Positions 53,666 to 63,624 of a DNA stretch of 64,000 bases are shown here, one piece after another; within the stretch, counting starts at the first letter, position 1; every line of letters begins with the position of its first letter. The stretch comes from a virus (lineage: Duplodnaviria > Caudoviricetes): IMG/VR virus record IMGVR_UViG_3300005611_000002, positions 64,001 to 128,000 of that record; one strand, given 5' to 3'. The notes under the pieces are model-generated. The model worked only from the letters and a program-made list of their open reading frames with translations. It had not been told where the DNA came from and searched no databases. Made by a program: the position numbers and the translations under genes.

Positions 53666-54980
53666 CTATTATTTCCTTTAATTTCATTAATGGCTCATTC
53701 CATACTCTTGGTTTTTCTTGTCTTAAAATTGTAAGATTATCACCATACCAAGGAGATTTTTCAATACTATGACACCACGTATAGTAAGCAGAAATTGGTG
53801 TAATGACGATTGTTTCTTTTCCCATAGCTGCAGCCGCATGTCCTATTGATGTACAACTTGTTATTATGAGATCAAGATCATTTATTATGCACAATGTATC
53901 TTCATATGAATTCATTACGTGATCTAATCTTGTTAACTTTTCTTCGTATCCTTCAAGTTCATCAAGCCCATTATCTCTCTGTAGACTATATATATCCGCA
54001 TCCAAATTCGAAACCGTGTTGAACATGTCAGAAAACGGTATTGAGCGATGAAGATCTTGGTCATATGATGGATTCCCCTGCCATCTTAAACCAATTTTGA
54101 TCTTGTCGTTTTTTCTTATATGTTCTGAATTACCTTTAGCCGAAAGATATGGTCCGTACCAAAGATCTTTATATTCTAGATTAAGATATACTGGAAGATC
54201 CATACTGTGAACCCAGGTTGGATTTACTTTAGTATCGATCTCAGAAAATGAACTTATTGCTTCAAAGCCACAGCGGCGAAAAACTGAAACATTGTCTTTT
54301 CTTTCAGTAAACCAAATCGGTTTCATACCAATATCTTTGAGATGCTTCATAAATCGAATATTGATGAATTCATCACCTATACCTGCTTCTGCTCTAACAT
54401 AGATTGTTCTACCTTCTTGAGGCTCACCTTCCCATCTTTCAAAGGGAAATTCTGGTTTCTTCCAATAATTTAGTTTTCTTCCTTCAAATAAAAATTTGCG
54501 GAGCCCAGATTGAAACTCATCTCGAAGAAGCTCGTAAGTACCAAGATTAAACCGAATTTTTGTTTTTGTTTTCTCATCAAGTCTTGGATTTTCTAGTTGG
54601 GATCGAAGTATTTTTTCCGCGTTGTTCTTTTGATTTAAAAGAAAGAATGAAAAAGCTTTTTCCATTTGAACATCGGTATCATTTGGATTAATGATCTCTA
54701 ATTGCTTAATCAGAGTCATTGCACGTTCTGGATAGTTTGCATGATTGGCAGTATTTAGAGTGTTGTATTTAACTGAATATGTATCAGTACCAGTGTAAAG
54801 TGAAAGCGCTTTTTCTGCATTGCGATATGCCTTTTCGTACTCTTTGATTTTGAAATAACTCTTTGCTATTTCGTCAAATTGATCAAAAACATTGCTGTTT
54901 CTCGAAAGCGCGTCGAGTAATGTAACTGCGGCGGGTTTTTCTCCCATTTGATCTAACGATATTACAAGATGTTCTATCAT
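53646..54980 (-). CDS. TPR + GT9-like glycosyltransferase
   Basis: W.GE...G..I...E.G.GD.....RF, IG..W.G, LDL.IT..TS..H.A.A.G, SPWY....LRQ. Confidence 0.8.
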   Translation of the reverse strand: MIEHLVISLDQMGEKPAAVTLLDALSRNSNVFDQFDEIAKSYFKIKEYEKAYRNAEKALSLYTGTDTYSVKYNTLNTANHANYPERAMTLIKQLEIINPNDTDVQMEKAFSFFLLNQKNNAEKILRSQLENPRLDEKTKTKIRFNLGTYELLRDEFQSGLRKFLFEGRKLNYWKKPEFPFERWEGEPQEGRTIYVRAEAGIGDEFINIRFMKHLKDIGMKPIWFTERKDNVSVFRRCGFEAISSFSEIDTKVNPTWVHSMDLPVYLNLEYKDLWYGPYLSAKGNSEHIRKNDKIKIGLRWQGNPSYDQDLHRSIPFSDMFNTVSNLDADIYSLQRDNGLDELEGYEEKLTRLDHVMNSYEDTLCIINDLDLIITSCTSIGHAAAAMGKETIVITPISAYYTWCHSIEKSPWYGDNLTILRQEKPRVWNEPLMKLKEIIDAKFSS

Positions 54981-55525
54981 TATTTTATCACCATTAGCTT
55001 CATATGTATTTCTGTAATTGCGTTATTCATAGCTCTTGCCATCCAATCTATCTGTGAAGGATCATCAATATTAGATATGATCTGTTTAAACGTGTCATCT
55101 AGTTCATAATTATAACTGACAATTTCAAAATCAACATTAAGCTGATGAGCAAGACCGCTCCAGCTGCTTGTGATATATGATTGAGTCTCGCACCATTTCT
55201 TTGAAAGAGGCTTCATATTCTCAACGGTGATTGGCCGAACATGAGTAAGATCACCTAGAAAAAAGTCATGTCTGGGATGCGGAACATGAACATCGATAAT
55301 TGCTTCATGTTGACACACACGGTAAAGATCTTTTAGAAAATCAAAGAAACCATCACCGATGTGTTCAAAAACGTGATGCGCGATAACTTCGTCGACAGTA
55401 TTGTCCTCAAAAGGAAAAATGTCTTTACCGAGCTGCATCACATAATCTGGACTACAATTAGGATCACTATCAATATTGACAAATCCTGGAAACCTCTTGA
55501 TTCCACTACCTATATTGAGTTTCAT
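54980..55525 (-). CDS. class I SAM methyltransferase (type 11-like)
   Basis: LN.G.G....G..N.D, PF.DN.VD...A.HV.EH, YRV, D.TH. Confidence 0.8.
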   Translation of the reverse strand: MKLNIGSGIKRFPGFVNIDSDPNCSPDYVMQLGKDIFPFEDNTVDEVIAHHVFEHIGDGFFDFLKDLYRVCQHEAIIDVHVPHPRHDFFLGDLTHVRPITVENMKPLSKKWCETQSYITSSWSGLAHQLNVDFEIVSYNYELDDTFKQIISNIDDPSQIDWMARAMNNAITEIHMKLMVIK

Positions 55526-55534
55526 TTCTGTCTT

Positions 55535-56239
55535 TCATGTAAATGTCGAAAATATTTCTCTTGCGTACTGATGCCAGTCGCGATCTCTACCAGTAATCGT
55601 AGTTTCATCAGGCGCGTCAAACGCATAGAAACCAGTTTGAACTAATGGAAAGATATCAGCCCGTATCAACATATCTGCAGGAGCTGATAGTCCAAATCTG
55701 ATCACGTGTGAAACAAGTTGACGTGCAATCGCTGGATCTATCGCGTATGCATGAGCACGACAAATAAACTTGTAATTCTTTGTTGCAGCAGAATGTGGAG
55801 GAAAGCTCGGCCAACCAGTTTCTAATTGACTATAGTTTCCAAGATAGTTAATCTGATTCCAACCGTCATGCCAAGCATACTTATTGACCATGATTGCGTC
55901 GTGTTCTAAAATAACAATGGGCATATCAATTTTGACGCAACGTGCCCAGAGTGAATAATGACTAAGTATGGTAGCGACTTCTGTGATTGTCAACTTATCG
56001 TTCATCTGTTTAAGAAAACGATAATGATCCTGATCTTTTGCGTGATCTGGATAGATTATAGATCCAGATGTGCCATCAAACGCGTCCCATACATGAAATG
56101 GTTGTTCTACTTTTACACAGCTCTGCTGACATCTATGGGATAACTTTTCAGAAGTTGTGTGATTCTTAAGAGTGATGATATATGCTTCTACATCATCAAA
56201 ATGCATTTTATAATCGAGGGTCTCTACTGTTGGATTCAT
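55535..56239 (-). CDS. GT25-family glycosyltransferase
   Basis: Y.I.L, A.DG, SH..LW..C......ILEHDA, AHAY.I. Confidence 0.75.
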   Translation of the reverse strand: MNPTVETLDYKMHFDDVEAYIITLKNHTTSEKLSHRCQQSCVKVEQPFHVWDAFDGTSGSIIYPDHAKDQDHYRFLKQMNDKLTITEVATILSHYSLWARCVKIDMPIVILEHDAIMVNKYAWHDGWNQINYLGNYSQLETGWPSFPPHSAATKNYKFICRAHAYAIDPAIARQLVSHVIRFGLSAPADMLIRADIFPLVQTGFYAFDAPDETTITGRDRDWHQYAREIFSTFT

Positions 56240-56606
56240 ATGGTACCTTCACATAATATGTATCATTTTCTTTACAGAAATTATCAATTTCAGAGTAGAT
56301 TGAGTAGTCGACAATTTCTTGCAATTCAACTACCTTCAAGAATTGTTTATGCTCAACAGTATTTATCTCTATGGATACAAGTACACCACACTGATCTGGT
56401 CTCATCCATTCTGGTAGAACATTCTGTGTCCACGCGCATTGATAATCATGACAAGATTGCGGTCTATCTTTGTAGATTGAACATGCTCGATTAACAAGAA
56501 AAACACACGGCTTATGATATCCAAAAACATTACCATAACTATTTCCAACAATATGCCCGTCGCAACAAGCTGTGCATTCGCCGCACGAACGAAAATTCAT
56601 CGCCAA
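56208..56606 (-). CDS. YkgJ-like CxxCxxCC Fe-S/Zn protein
   Basis: CGECTACC, C.FL...CSIY..RP..C..Y.C.W. Confidence 0.8.
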   Translation of the reverse strand: MAMNFRSCGECTACCDGHIVGNSYGNVFGYHKPCVFLVNRACSIYKDRPQSCHDYQCAWTQNVLPEWMRPDQCGVLVSIEINTVEHKQFLKVVELQEIVDYSIYSEIDNFCKENDTYYVKVPYESNSRDPRL

Positions 56607-57364
56607 ACCTCTAAGTTTGCAAACTGATTTATAATGTCAGGTGGAATGATATAAGACTTTTGTTTGTATTCTATTTTGGAATGCGTAGAATGCAAACCAT
56701 CCATTTTTATGTTTTGGTCATACTCATCATATGAGACGGATACATTATTAAAGTCATGCTCATAATATGGTTCTTCTATAAAATTGTAAATTGCTTTCAT
56801 AGTGCCTTCGGGATTTTTTGTTAAGACATCGTATTCGATTAGCATTAACATATCTGTATGAGGTCCTGTGAACGCAGATTTTAAAGAGTCATATGGAAGC
56901 TTTACAATTCCGCCGTCAGTCATTAACGCGGCAGCTCTTGTGTATACATTAAGATCGACTTCTTTTGGATACACTGTTGAAATTTTGAATGGATTTTGTT
57001 GATGCATTCTTTCGAACGAGTCAAGTATTCTTGTTATGTCACGAACACAGCATATTACTTTTGTGTATGGATAGATCGACCTAAGTTCTGGAAGTAAGTT
57101 TGTCCAGAGTCGATTTGTATTAAAAACTACAGGCTTTTTCGTATCGTAGTAAAAAGCATCTACAGTTGACTTAACTATATTTTTAAGACGAGTCTCGTCA
57201 AACTCGTTTGGAGGGCATGAGTTACCAGTTTCTATCTGAGAGCGAAAGTGACTAAGAAGATTGTCAGATATGCTTGTATGAAATTTGGGATTCTGCCCTA
57301 ATACAGCAGAGAGTAGAGTTGAGCCAGAACGCGGAAGTCCAGATATAAAGTAGTATTTTTTCAA
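56597..57364 (-). CDS. sulfotransferase family protein
   Basis: GLPRSGSTLL PAPS loop, VRD......S, Y..L...P......IY.F; TATAAATA at 57390-57397. Confidence 0.85.
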   Translation of the reverse strand: MKKYYFISGLPRSGSTLLSAVLGQNPKFHTSISDNLLSHFRSQIETGNSCPPNEFDETRLKNIVKSTVDAFYYDTKKPVVFNTNRLWTNLLPELRSIYPYTKVICCVRDITRILDSFERMHQQNPFKISTVYPKEVDLNVYTRAAALMTDGGIVKLPYDSLKSAFTGPHTDMLMLIEYDVLTKNPEGTMKAIYNFIEEPYYEHDFNNVSVSYDEYDQNIKMDGLHSTHSKIEYKQKSYIIPPDIINQFANLEVWR

Positions 57365-57403
57365 GTATCACCTCTTGCATAATAATTTGTATTTATATAT
57401 AAT

Positions 57404-58597
57404 TTACCAGCAGTCTTCACGGATTGCAGCTGAATTAGAGCTCCCTAGATTTATGCTTCGCCAATTATTTCCACCAGAAATTGTTTGAACTGGACTAGAT
57501 TGCGAGGATGCTGAAATGCCAAGTCCAAGTGCACCATCATTATTACTGCCCCACAACCACAAGCTGCCGTCAGTCTTGATCGCAGCTGAGTGACCATTCC
57601 CAAGACTTACACTTCTCCAGTTAGTTCCGCCGGAAACTGTTTGGACTGGACTGGACTGATTCACTGTTGGTCCTAAACCATTGCCAAGTCGAGTATCACC
57701 ATTATTGCCCCACAACCACAAGCTGCCATCGGTCTTAATCGCGGCTGAATGCGCGCATTTTGATAAACTTAGACTTCGCCAGTTAGTTCCACCAGAAACT
57801 GTTTGAACTGGGCTAGAATGATCTGTCAGCGAATTGTCACCAAGTCGACCATAACCATTACATCCCCACAACCAAAGACTGCCGTCAGTCTTGATCGCGG
57901 CTGAGTGATAAGCACCTAAACTTACACTTCGCCAATTAGTTCCACCGGAAACTGTTTGTACTGGGCTAGACTGACTCGTTGTTGAATTATCGCCAAGTCG
58001 ACCTAGTAAATTACTGCCCCACAACCACAAGCTACCATCGGTTTTGATTGCAGCTGAGTGATAAGCACCTAAACTTACACTTCGCCAATTAGTTCCACCG
58101 GAAACTGTTTGTACTGGACTTGATCGACTTGTTGTTGAGTTATCGCCGATAGCACCACAAAAAGATCGACCCCACAACCAAAGACTGCCGTCAGTCTTGA
58201 TCGCGGCTGAGTGAGTGCCACCTAAACTTACACTTCGCCAGTTATTTCCACCAGAAACTGTTTGAACTGGACTTGATCGATCCGTTGTTGAGTTGTTGCC
58301 TAGTTGACCTCTATTTCCACCACCCCATAGCCACAAGCTACCATCGGTCTTGATTGCAGCTGAGTGAAGCGTACCTAAACTTACACTTCGCCAGTTGTTT
58401 CCGCCGGAAACAGTTTGAACTGGGCTGGATTGATTTGCTGTTGAGTTATTGCCAAGTTTGCCTCTATTTCCATCGCCCCACAACCACAAACCACCTTCGA
58501 GAAAACAATCCTTACGAACAAAAACGTCGTCAAAATCAGCAGATGACCATCCAACAGTAGAGTCAGTGATTTTAAAGTTCGTCGGATTCTTACTCAT
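57404..58597 (-). CDS. RCC1-repeat beta-propeller (7 repeats)
   Basis: LWLWG....G.LG.NS....SSPVQTVSGG.NWRSVSLG..HSAAIKTDGS units. Confidence 0.9.
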   Translation of the reverse strand: MSKNPTNFKITDSTVGWSSADFDDVFVRKDCFLEGGLWLWGDGNRGKLGNNSTANQSSPVQTVSGGNNWRSVSLGTLHSAAIKTDGSLWLWGGGNRGQLGNNSTTDRSSPVQTVSGGNNWRSVSLGGTHSAAIKTDGSLWLWGRSFCGAIGDNSTTSRSSPVQTVSGGTNWRSVSLGAYHSAAIKTDGSLWLWGSNLLGRLGDNSTTSQSSPVQTVSGGTNWRSVSLGAYHSAAIKTDGSLWLWGCNGYGRLGDNSLTDHSSPVQTVSGGTNWRSLSLSKCAHSAAIKTDGSLWLWGNNGDTRLGNGLGPTVNQSSPVQTVSGGTNWRSVSLGNGHSAAIKTDGSLWLWGSNNDGALGLGISASSQSSPVQTISGGNNWRSINLGSSNSAAIREDCW

Positions 58598-59796
58598 TAG
58601 TATTCTCCTTCGTCGCGTATTGCGGCGCTGGCTTCATACACACTTACACTTCGCCAGTTGTTTCCGCCAGAAACTGTTTGAACCGGGCTTGATTGACTTG
58701 TTGTTGAGTTGTCGCCAATTTGGCCAGAAAAATTTCTTCCCCATAACCAGAGACTACCATCAGTTTTGATTGCAGCTGAATGCTGATTACCTAAACACAC
58801 ACTTCGCCAGTTAGTTCCACCAGAGACCGTTTGAACCGGAGAACTTTTATTGGTTGTAGTATTATCACCTAATCTACCAAATGAACCATTACCCCACAAC
58901 CACAAGCTACCGTCAGTCTTGATTGCAGCTGAATGTTGATTGCCTAAACTTACACTTCGCCAGTTATTTCCACCAGAAACTGTTTGAACTGGACTCGATT
59001 GACTTGTTACTGAATCTGTACCAAGTAGACCAATATTACCAAGTCCCCACAACCAAAGACTGCCGTCAGTCTTGATCGCGGCTGAGTGATAAGCACCTAT
59101 ACTTACACTTCTCCAATTAGTTCCACCGGAAACTGTTTGAACTGGACTAGATTGATTTGCTGTTGAGTTGTTACCTAGTTGGCCTAAACCTCCACTGCCC
59201 CACAACCAAAGTGTACCATCAATCTTGATTGCAGCTGAATTACATCTCATAAGACTTACACTTTTCCAATTAGTCCCACCTGAAACTGTCTGGACTGGAC
59301 TTGATTGACTTGCCGTTGAATTGTTACCTAAACGGCCGAAATTTCCTCCACCCCACAACCACAAGCTACCGTCAGTCTTGATTGCAGCTGAGTGATCAAA
59401 TCCAAAACTTGCACTTTGCCAGTTAGTTCCACCAGAAACTGTTTGTACTGGACTGGATTGGACATTTGTTGAGTTGTTACCTAGTTCTCCATCTGCGTTA
59501 GATCCCCATAGCCACAAGCTACCATCAGTCTTGATTGCTCCAATATGTTCTCTTCCTGAAAATACAACTTTCCAGTTAGTTCCACTAGAAACCGTTTGTA
59601 CTGGACTTGACTTATTCGTTGTTGAATTATCGCCAAGTCGACCTATGAAATTTCCACCCCACAACCAAAGACCTGGCGCTTTCATCCAGGGCACCAAGTG
59701 CGGATAGTTTTCGATCATATATTCCTTGGTGACTAGATGACATCCAATGTCTATTCCATCATCGTCGCTGAATCTTGTGCAGATTCTATCAGGCAT
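58597..59796 (-). CDS. RCC1-repeat beta-propeller (7 repeats)
   Basis: same ~51-aa unit. Confidence 0.9.
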   Translation of the reverse strand: MPDRICTRFSDDDGIDIGCHLVTKEYMIENYPHLVPWMKAPGLWLWGGNFIGRLGDNSTTNKSSPVQTVSSGTNWKVVFSGREHIGAIKTDGSLWLWGSNADGELGNNSTNVQSSPVQTVSGGTNWQSASFGFDHSAAIKTDGSLWLWGGGNFGRLGNNSTASQSSPVQTVSGGTNWKSVSLMRCNSAAIKIDGTLWLWGSGGLGQLGNNSTANQSSPVQTVSGGTNWRSVSIGAYHSAAIKTDGSLWLWGLGNIGLLGTDSVTSQSSPVQTVSGGNNWRSVSLGNQHSAAIKTDGSLWLWGNGSFGRLGDNTTTNKSSPVQTVSGGTNWRSVCLGNQHSAAIKTDGSLWLWGRNFSGQIGDNSTTSQSSPVQTVSGGNNWRSVSVYEASAAIRDEGEY

Positions 59797-60463
59797 TCTC
59801 TTCCTCGTTCTTATCTTGTATTATAATCGCATCGAGCTCTTCGAGTGTAGTACATGCATCTATCTCTGCGGATTTATCTGCTTCCCAATCAAAACAAGAT
59901 TGAATATATTCTGCGCCTTTTGATACTATGAATCCTAGTTCTGTCTTTGATAGAGTTAACCATATGTTATCAGGAAACTTCCATTTAATCGTTTCATTAT
60001 CTTGCATCATAGAATATTTCTGAAGAAATATATTTCGATTGCCACGACTTGTGTCACAAAAAACATCTGTTTCCTGGATATTTAACACAACACCAAGAGA
60101 TTCTTTTTGCCATCTAACACTAGCAGCTAAACTTTTCAATTCGCCTTTCACTTGTGATATTGGTTTATCTACTCTAATCCAAGAAGCAATTGCTTGAACT
60201 TCGGGATTTTCATCATCGTAGATCCAAAATGGACCTTCGTGCCGATGTATCTTTTCGTTAGTTAAATTTTCATAAGTAATATTGCAACGACGAACTTTTA
60301 CTCCTGGAAGAATTTCATACGGAACGCGTTGTTCGTCTTCAGCTGTTACAGTAACTTCTTCTTGTAACTCGTCGAAGATTATGTCTGATATATATCTAGG
60401 TCTCCAGTCAATAGGACCTAGTATGACAAAATTTCCATTATTGTGATCTGTAATTACATACAT
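59789..60463 (-). CDS. DUF4376-like fibre-associated protein
   Basis: RW.KE..G, WK......L...EL.......YIQ.CF.WE.....I....T.EEL.AI. Confidence 0.7.
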   Translation of the reverse strand: MYVITDHNNGNFVILGPIDWRPRYISDIIFDELQEEVTVTAEDEQRVPYEILPGVKVRRCNITYENLTNEKIHRHEGPFWIYDDENPEVQAIASWIRVDKPISQVKGELKSLAASVRWQKESLGVVLNIQETDVFCDTSRGNRNIFLQKYSMMQDNETIKWKFPDNIWLTLSKTELGFIVSKGAEYIQSCFDWEADKSAEIDACTTLEELDAIIIQDKNEEENA

Positions 60464-60476
60464 GATTGAAATATCC

Positions 60477-61475
60477 CTATAGTTCTATTATCTTTGTTGC
60501 AGCTGAGTGACATTTACCTAGACTTGCGCTTCTCCAGTTAGTTCCGCCGGAAACAGTTTGTACTGGGCTTGATTGTCTTGTTGTCGAGTTATTGCCTAGT
60601 ATACCTGTGGAACCAAATCCCCACAACCAGAGGCTACCATCAGTCTTGATTGCAGCTGAGTGATAATTGCCTAAACTTACACTTCGCCAGTTAGTTCCAC
60701 CGGAAACTGTTTGTACTGGACTTGATTGACTTGCATTTGAGTTGTCACCTAGTTGGCCGGATGTGCCGGTGCCCCACATCCACAAGCTACCATCAGTTTT
60801 GATTGCAGCTGAGTGTCCGCCTAAGCTTACGCTTCGCCAGTTAGTTCCGCCGGAAACTGTTTGAACTGGGCTTGACTGACTTGCTGCTGAGTTGTTACCA
60901 ATTTGACCAGTAGTATTACATCCCCACAACCACAAGCTACCATCAGTCTTGATTGCAGCTGAAAGATTAATTCCTAGACTTACGCTTCTCCAGTTAGTTC
61001 CGCCGGAAACAGTTTGAACTGGACTTGACTGAAAAGTTGCTGTTGAGTTGTTACCAATTTGACCTATATTTCCAACACCCCACAACCAGAGACTGCCATC
61101 AGTCTTGATCGCGGCTGAGTGATTATTGCCTAAACTTACACTTCGCCAGTTAGTTCCGCCGGAAACAGTTTGAACTGGACTAGATCGAGCTGTTGTAGAG
61201 TTGTCGCCAAGTCTTAGTCCAGCGCCCCACGACCAGAGACTGCCATCGGTCTTGATTGCGGCTGAGTGATAATTGCCTAAACTTGCACTTCTCCAGTTAG
61301 TTCCGCCGGAAACAGTTTGAACTGGGCTTGATTGATTCGTTACTGAATTTGTACCGAGTCGGCCGTAGGCGCCACTACCCCACAACCACAGCTGTTTACC
61401 GGTAAATAGCTCGATCATTTCTTCGTCTGTGACGAATATGTCTTTTATACAACCACCCTGTGACAGTAATGGCAT
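60477..61475 (-). CDS. RCC1-repeat beta-propeller (6 repeats)
   Basis: same ~51-aa unit. Confidence 0.9.
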   Translation of the reverse strand: MPLLSQGGCIKDIFVTDEEMIELFTGKQLWLWGSGAYGRLGTNSVTNQSSPVQTVSGGTNWRSASLGNYHSAAIKTDGSLWSWGAGLRLGDNSTTARSSPVQTVSGGTNWRSVSLGNNHSAAIKTDGSLWLWGVGNIGQIGNNSTATFQSSPVQTVSGGTNWRSVSLGINLSAAIKTDGSLWLWGCNTTGQIGNNSAASQSSPVQTVSGGTNWRSVSLGGHSAAIKTDGSLWMWGTGTSGQLGDNSNASQSSPVQTVSGGTNWRSVSLGNYHSAAIKTDGSLWLWGFGSTGILGNNSTTRQSSPVQTVSGGTNWRSASLGKCHSAATKIIEL

Positions 61476-63148
61476 TAATCTTTCACCCTCTTACTTAGAT
61501 CCTTCACTGCTTGAATCAATATCGCAATAAGCGGAGTATAACTAACATAACTTTTATCATCATTCTTTGTTATTAATTCTGGCAAGATCTCTTCAAGCTG
61601 CTGAGCAACAACACCATAGCTTTTAATACCAGTATCTTTCCAATCAAACGAAACTACGTCTATTTCATTGAGTATATTAATTGGATTTTCTATCTCACTA
61701 AAATTTGTTTTTTCCGATATATCCGAAAGCGAGTTAAACTCAGTTGCGGATAGCCTTCCCGTAGAAGGTCTGAAAAATAGTTTAGTTGTACTCGCTTTTG
61801 GTGTTTGTTCACTACCAGCCGCTCCAACAAATACTGGGAAATGATCCGACGCAGTTGAAGTATCGTCTGTAGCTGTAATGCCACCAGAGCCGCCGTCTGC
61901 TCCTTGAATGCCTTGAAAACCTAAATCTCCTTGGATACCCTGAGTACCTTGGATGCCTTGAATACCCTGAGTACCTTGAGATCCTAAAGTTCCATCTATG
62001 CCCTGAATACCCTGGATACCTTGAATACCCTGAATACCCTGAGTACCTTGAGATCCTAAAGTTCCATCTATGCCCTGAATACCCTGGATACCTTGAATAC
62101 CCTGAGTACCTTGAGATCCTAAAGTTCCATCTATGCCCTGAATACCCTGGATACCTTGTGCACCAAGTGTTCCATCGTCGCCTTTGATACCCTGAATACC
62201 CTGAATACCCTGAATACCTTGTGCACCAAGTGTTCCATCGATACCCTGAATACCCAGATCGCCTTGGATACCTTGGATGCCTTGGATACCTTGAGATCCT
62301 AAAGTTCCATCTATGCCCTGAATACCCAGATCGCCCTGAATACCCTGAATACCCTGAATACCTTGTGCACCAAGTGTTCCATCGATACCTTGAATACCCA
62401 GATCGCCTTGGATACCTTGAGCACCTTGGATACCCTGAATACCCAGATCGCCCTGAATACCCAGATCACCTTGGATACCTTGAATACCCTGAATACCTTG
62501 TGCACCAAGTGTTCCATCGATACCCTGAATACCTAGATCGCCCTGGATACCTTGGATACCTTGAGTGCCAGCACCGGTTGCGCCCTGAATACCTAAATCA
62601 CCCTGGATACCTTGTATACCTTGAGTACCTTGAGCTCCTTGTACTCCAGAGAAACCGCGAGGTCCTTGAATGCCCTCTTCGCCTTGTACGCCTTGTGTGC
62701 CTTGAATGCCTTGAATGCCTTGAACACCCTGTGGACCCTTTATTTGTCCGGAATTAATCCAAGTAGTTCCGTCGTATGCCCACGCATCGCCAGTTGCCTC
62801 ATCGATTACTGCATCACCTGCAGTTGCTCCAGGAAATGCAGTATTTAGTGTACTTTGCGGATCGTTAGGCGGGTTTACATTAACATCCGCAACAGATCCT
62901 ATCAAATTAATGCTCGGAGAATAAGCACCTTGAAGTCCCTGAAGTCCCTGAATCCCTTGAGTACCTTGTATACCTTGTGGTCCAGGTGATACAATATTCC
63001 AGCTACTACCATCAGATACTCTAATGGTTGTATCATCAGCATATATAATTGCGCCTTCGTACATGGCTGGATCAAGCTCTATAGGTAGAGCTTGTTTAAA
63101 CGCCGGTCCAATTACTTTAGTTTTGCCTCTTAAGGATTTAATTGACAT
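61475..63148 (-). CDS. collagen-like tail fibre with C-terminal intramolecular chaperone (S74-like)
   Basis: long G-X-Y tract; SDISEK, F.WK, GVVAQ..E..LPEL, V.Y..LI..LI.A.K.L. Confidence 0.85.
   Translation of the reverse strand: MSIKSLRGKTKVIGPAFKQALPIELDPAMYEGAIIYADDTTIRVSDGSSWNIVSPGPQGIQGTQGIQGLQGLQGAYSPSINLIGSVADVNVNPPNDPQSTLNTAFPGATAGDAVIDEATGDAWAYDGTTWINSGQIKGPQGVQGIQGIQGTQGVQGEEGIQGPRGFSGVQGAQGTQGIQGIQGDLGIQGATGAGTQGIQGIQGDLGIQGIDGTLGAQGIQGIQGIQGDLGIQGDLGIQGIQGAQGIQGDLGIQGIDGTLGAQGIQGIQGIQGDLGIQGIDGTLGSQGIQGIQGIQGDLGIQGIDGTLGAQGIQGIQGIQGIKGDDGTLGAQGIQGIQGIDGTLGSQGTQGIQGIQGIQGIDGTLGSQGTQGIQGIQGIQGIQGIDGTLGSQGTQGIQGIQGTQGIQGDLGFQGIQGADGGSGGITATDDTSTASDHFPVFVGAAGSEQTPKASTTKLFFRPSTGRLSATEFNSLSDISEKTNFSEIENPINILNEIDVVSFDWKDTGIKSYGVVAQQLEEILPELITKNDDKSYVSYTPLIAILIQAVKDLSKRVKD
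61895..62740 (-). repeat. collagen repeat with higher-order units (GIQGIQGDLGIQGIDGTLGAQ)
   Basis: ACCCTGAAT/ACCTTGGAT 9-mers and repeated longer blocks. Confidence 0.9.
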
Positions 63149-63153
63149 GGTCT

Positions 63154-63624
63154 TTAATTATCCTGTATAAACTCTTCTGCTTGTCCCAATGTAAACGAAA
63201 TTGTTACGTCAACCGCGTCGTTTGAATCAGCTTTTGCTTCTAGTACATCTCCATTATAAAAGAATTGCCCGTTCATTGGAAAGAATAGAGTATCGTATGC
63301 TGCAATAGGTATATTGGTAGCAAGTGAAAAGGTCGCTGATACACTTGTGGGAGGCTCAGATGAATAATCATAGAGACGATACACTCTTATATCAATATAT
63401 GCAGTGTTTGCTGTCTTGTTTGACATAATGAGCGGTGTAATTACTTCAGCGACACCTGGTGCTTCTACTGTAGATCCACCGAAGACGAGTTCGGGAATTT
63501 CAAAATTCGGAACTTCAATTAGTGTACCGCCTGAAAAGTTTGTGGTTAAGGTTTTGTTTACTCCAACTGGTTTTGCGTCCGGAGACTGTGTAGTTGATAC
63601 AGTAACTATTGTATTTGCTGTCAT
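63154..63624 (-). CDS. hypothetical virion-region protein
   Basis: ORF in late operon. Confidence 0.65.
   Translation of the reverse strand: MTANTIVTVSTTQSPDAKPVGVNKTLTTNFSGGTLIEVPNFEIPELVFGGSTVEAPGVAEVITPLIMSNKTANTAYIDIRVYRLYDYSSEPPTSVSATFSLATNIPIAAYDTLFFPMNGQFFYNGDVLEAKADSNDAVDVTISFTLGQAEEFIQDN

Larger units (their letters stand above)
57410..61395 (-). repeat. 20 near-identical ~153-bp RCC1 units across three genes
   Basis: recurring + strand blocks CCCCACAACCACAAGCT.CC.TCAGTCTTGAT.GC.GCTGAGTG and CCAGTTAGTTCC.CC.GAAAC.GTTTG.ACTGG. Confidence 0.9.

Noticed and set aside
57404-61475. CRISPR array or DGR template/variable repeats
   Set aside because: Repeats are in-frame protein units of ~153 bp. 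There is no reverse transcriptase or cas gene in the window and no evident adenine-only variation.
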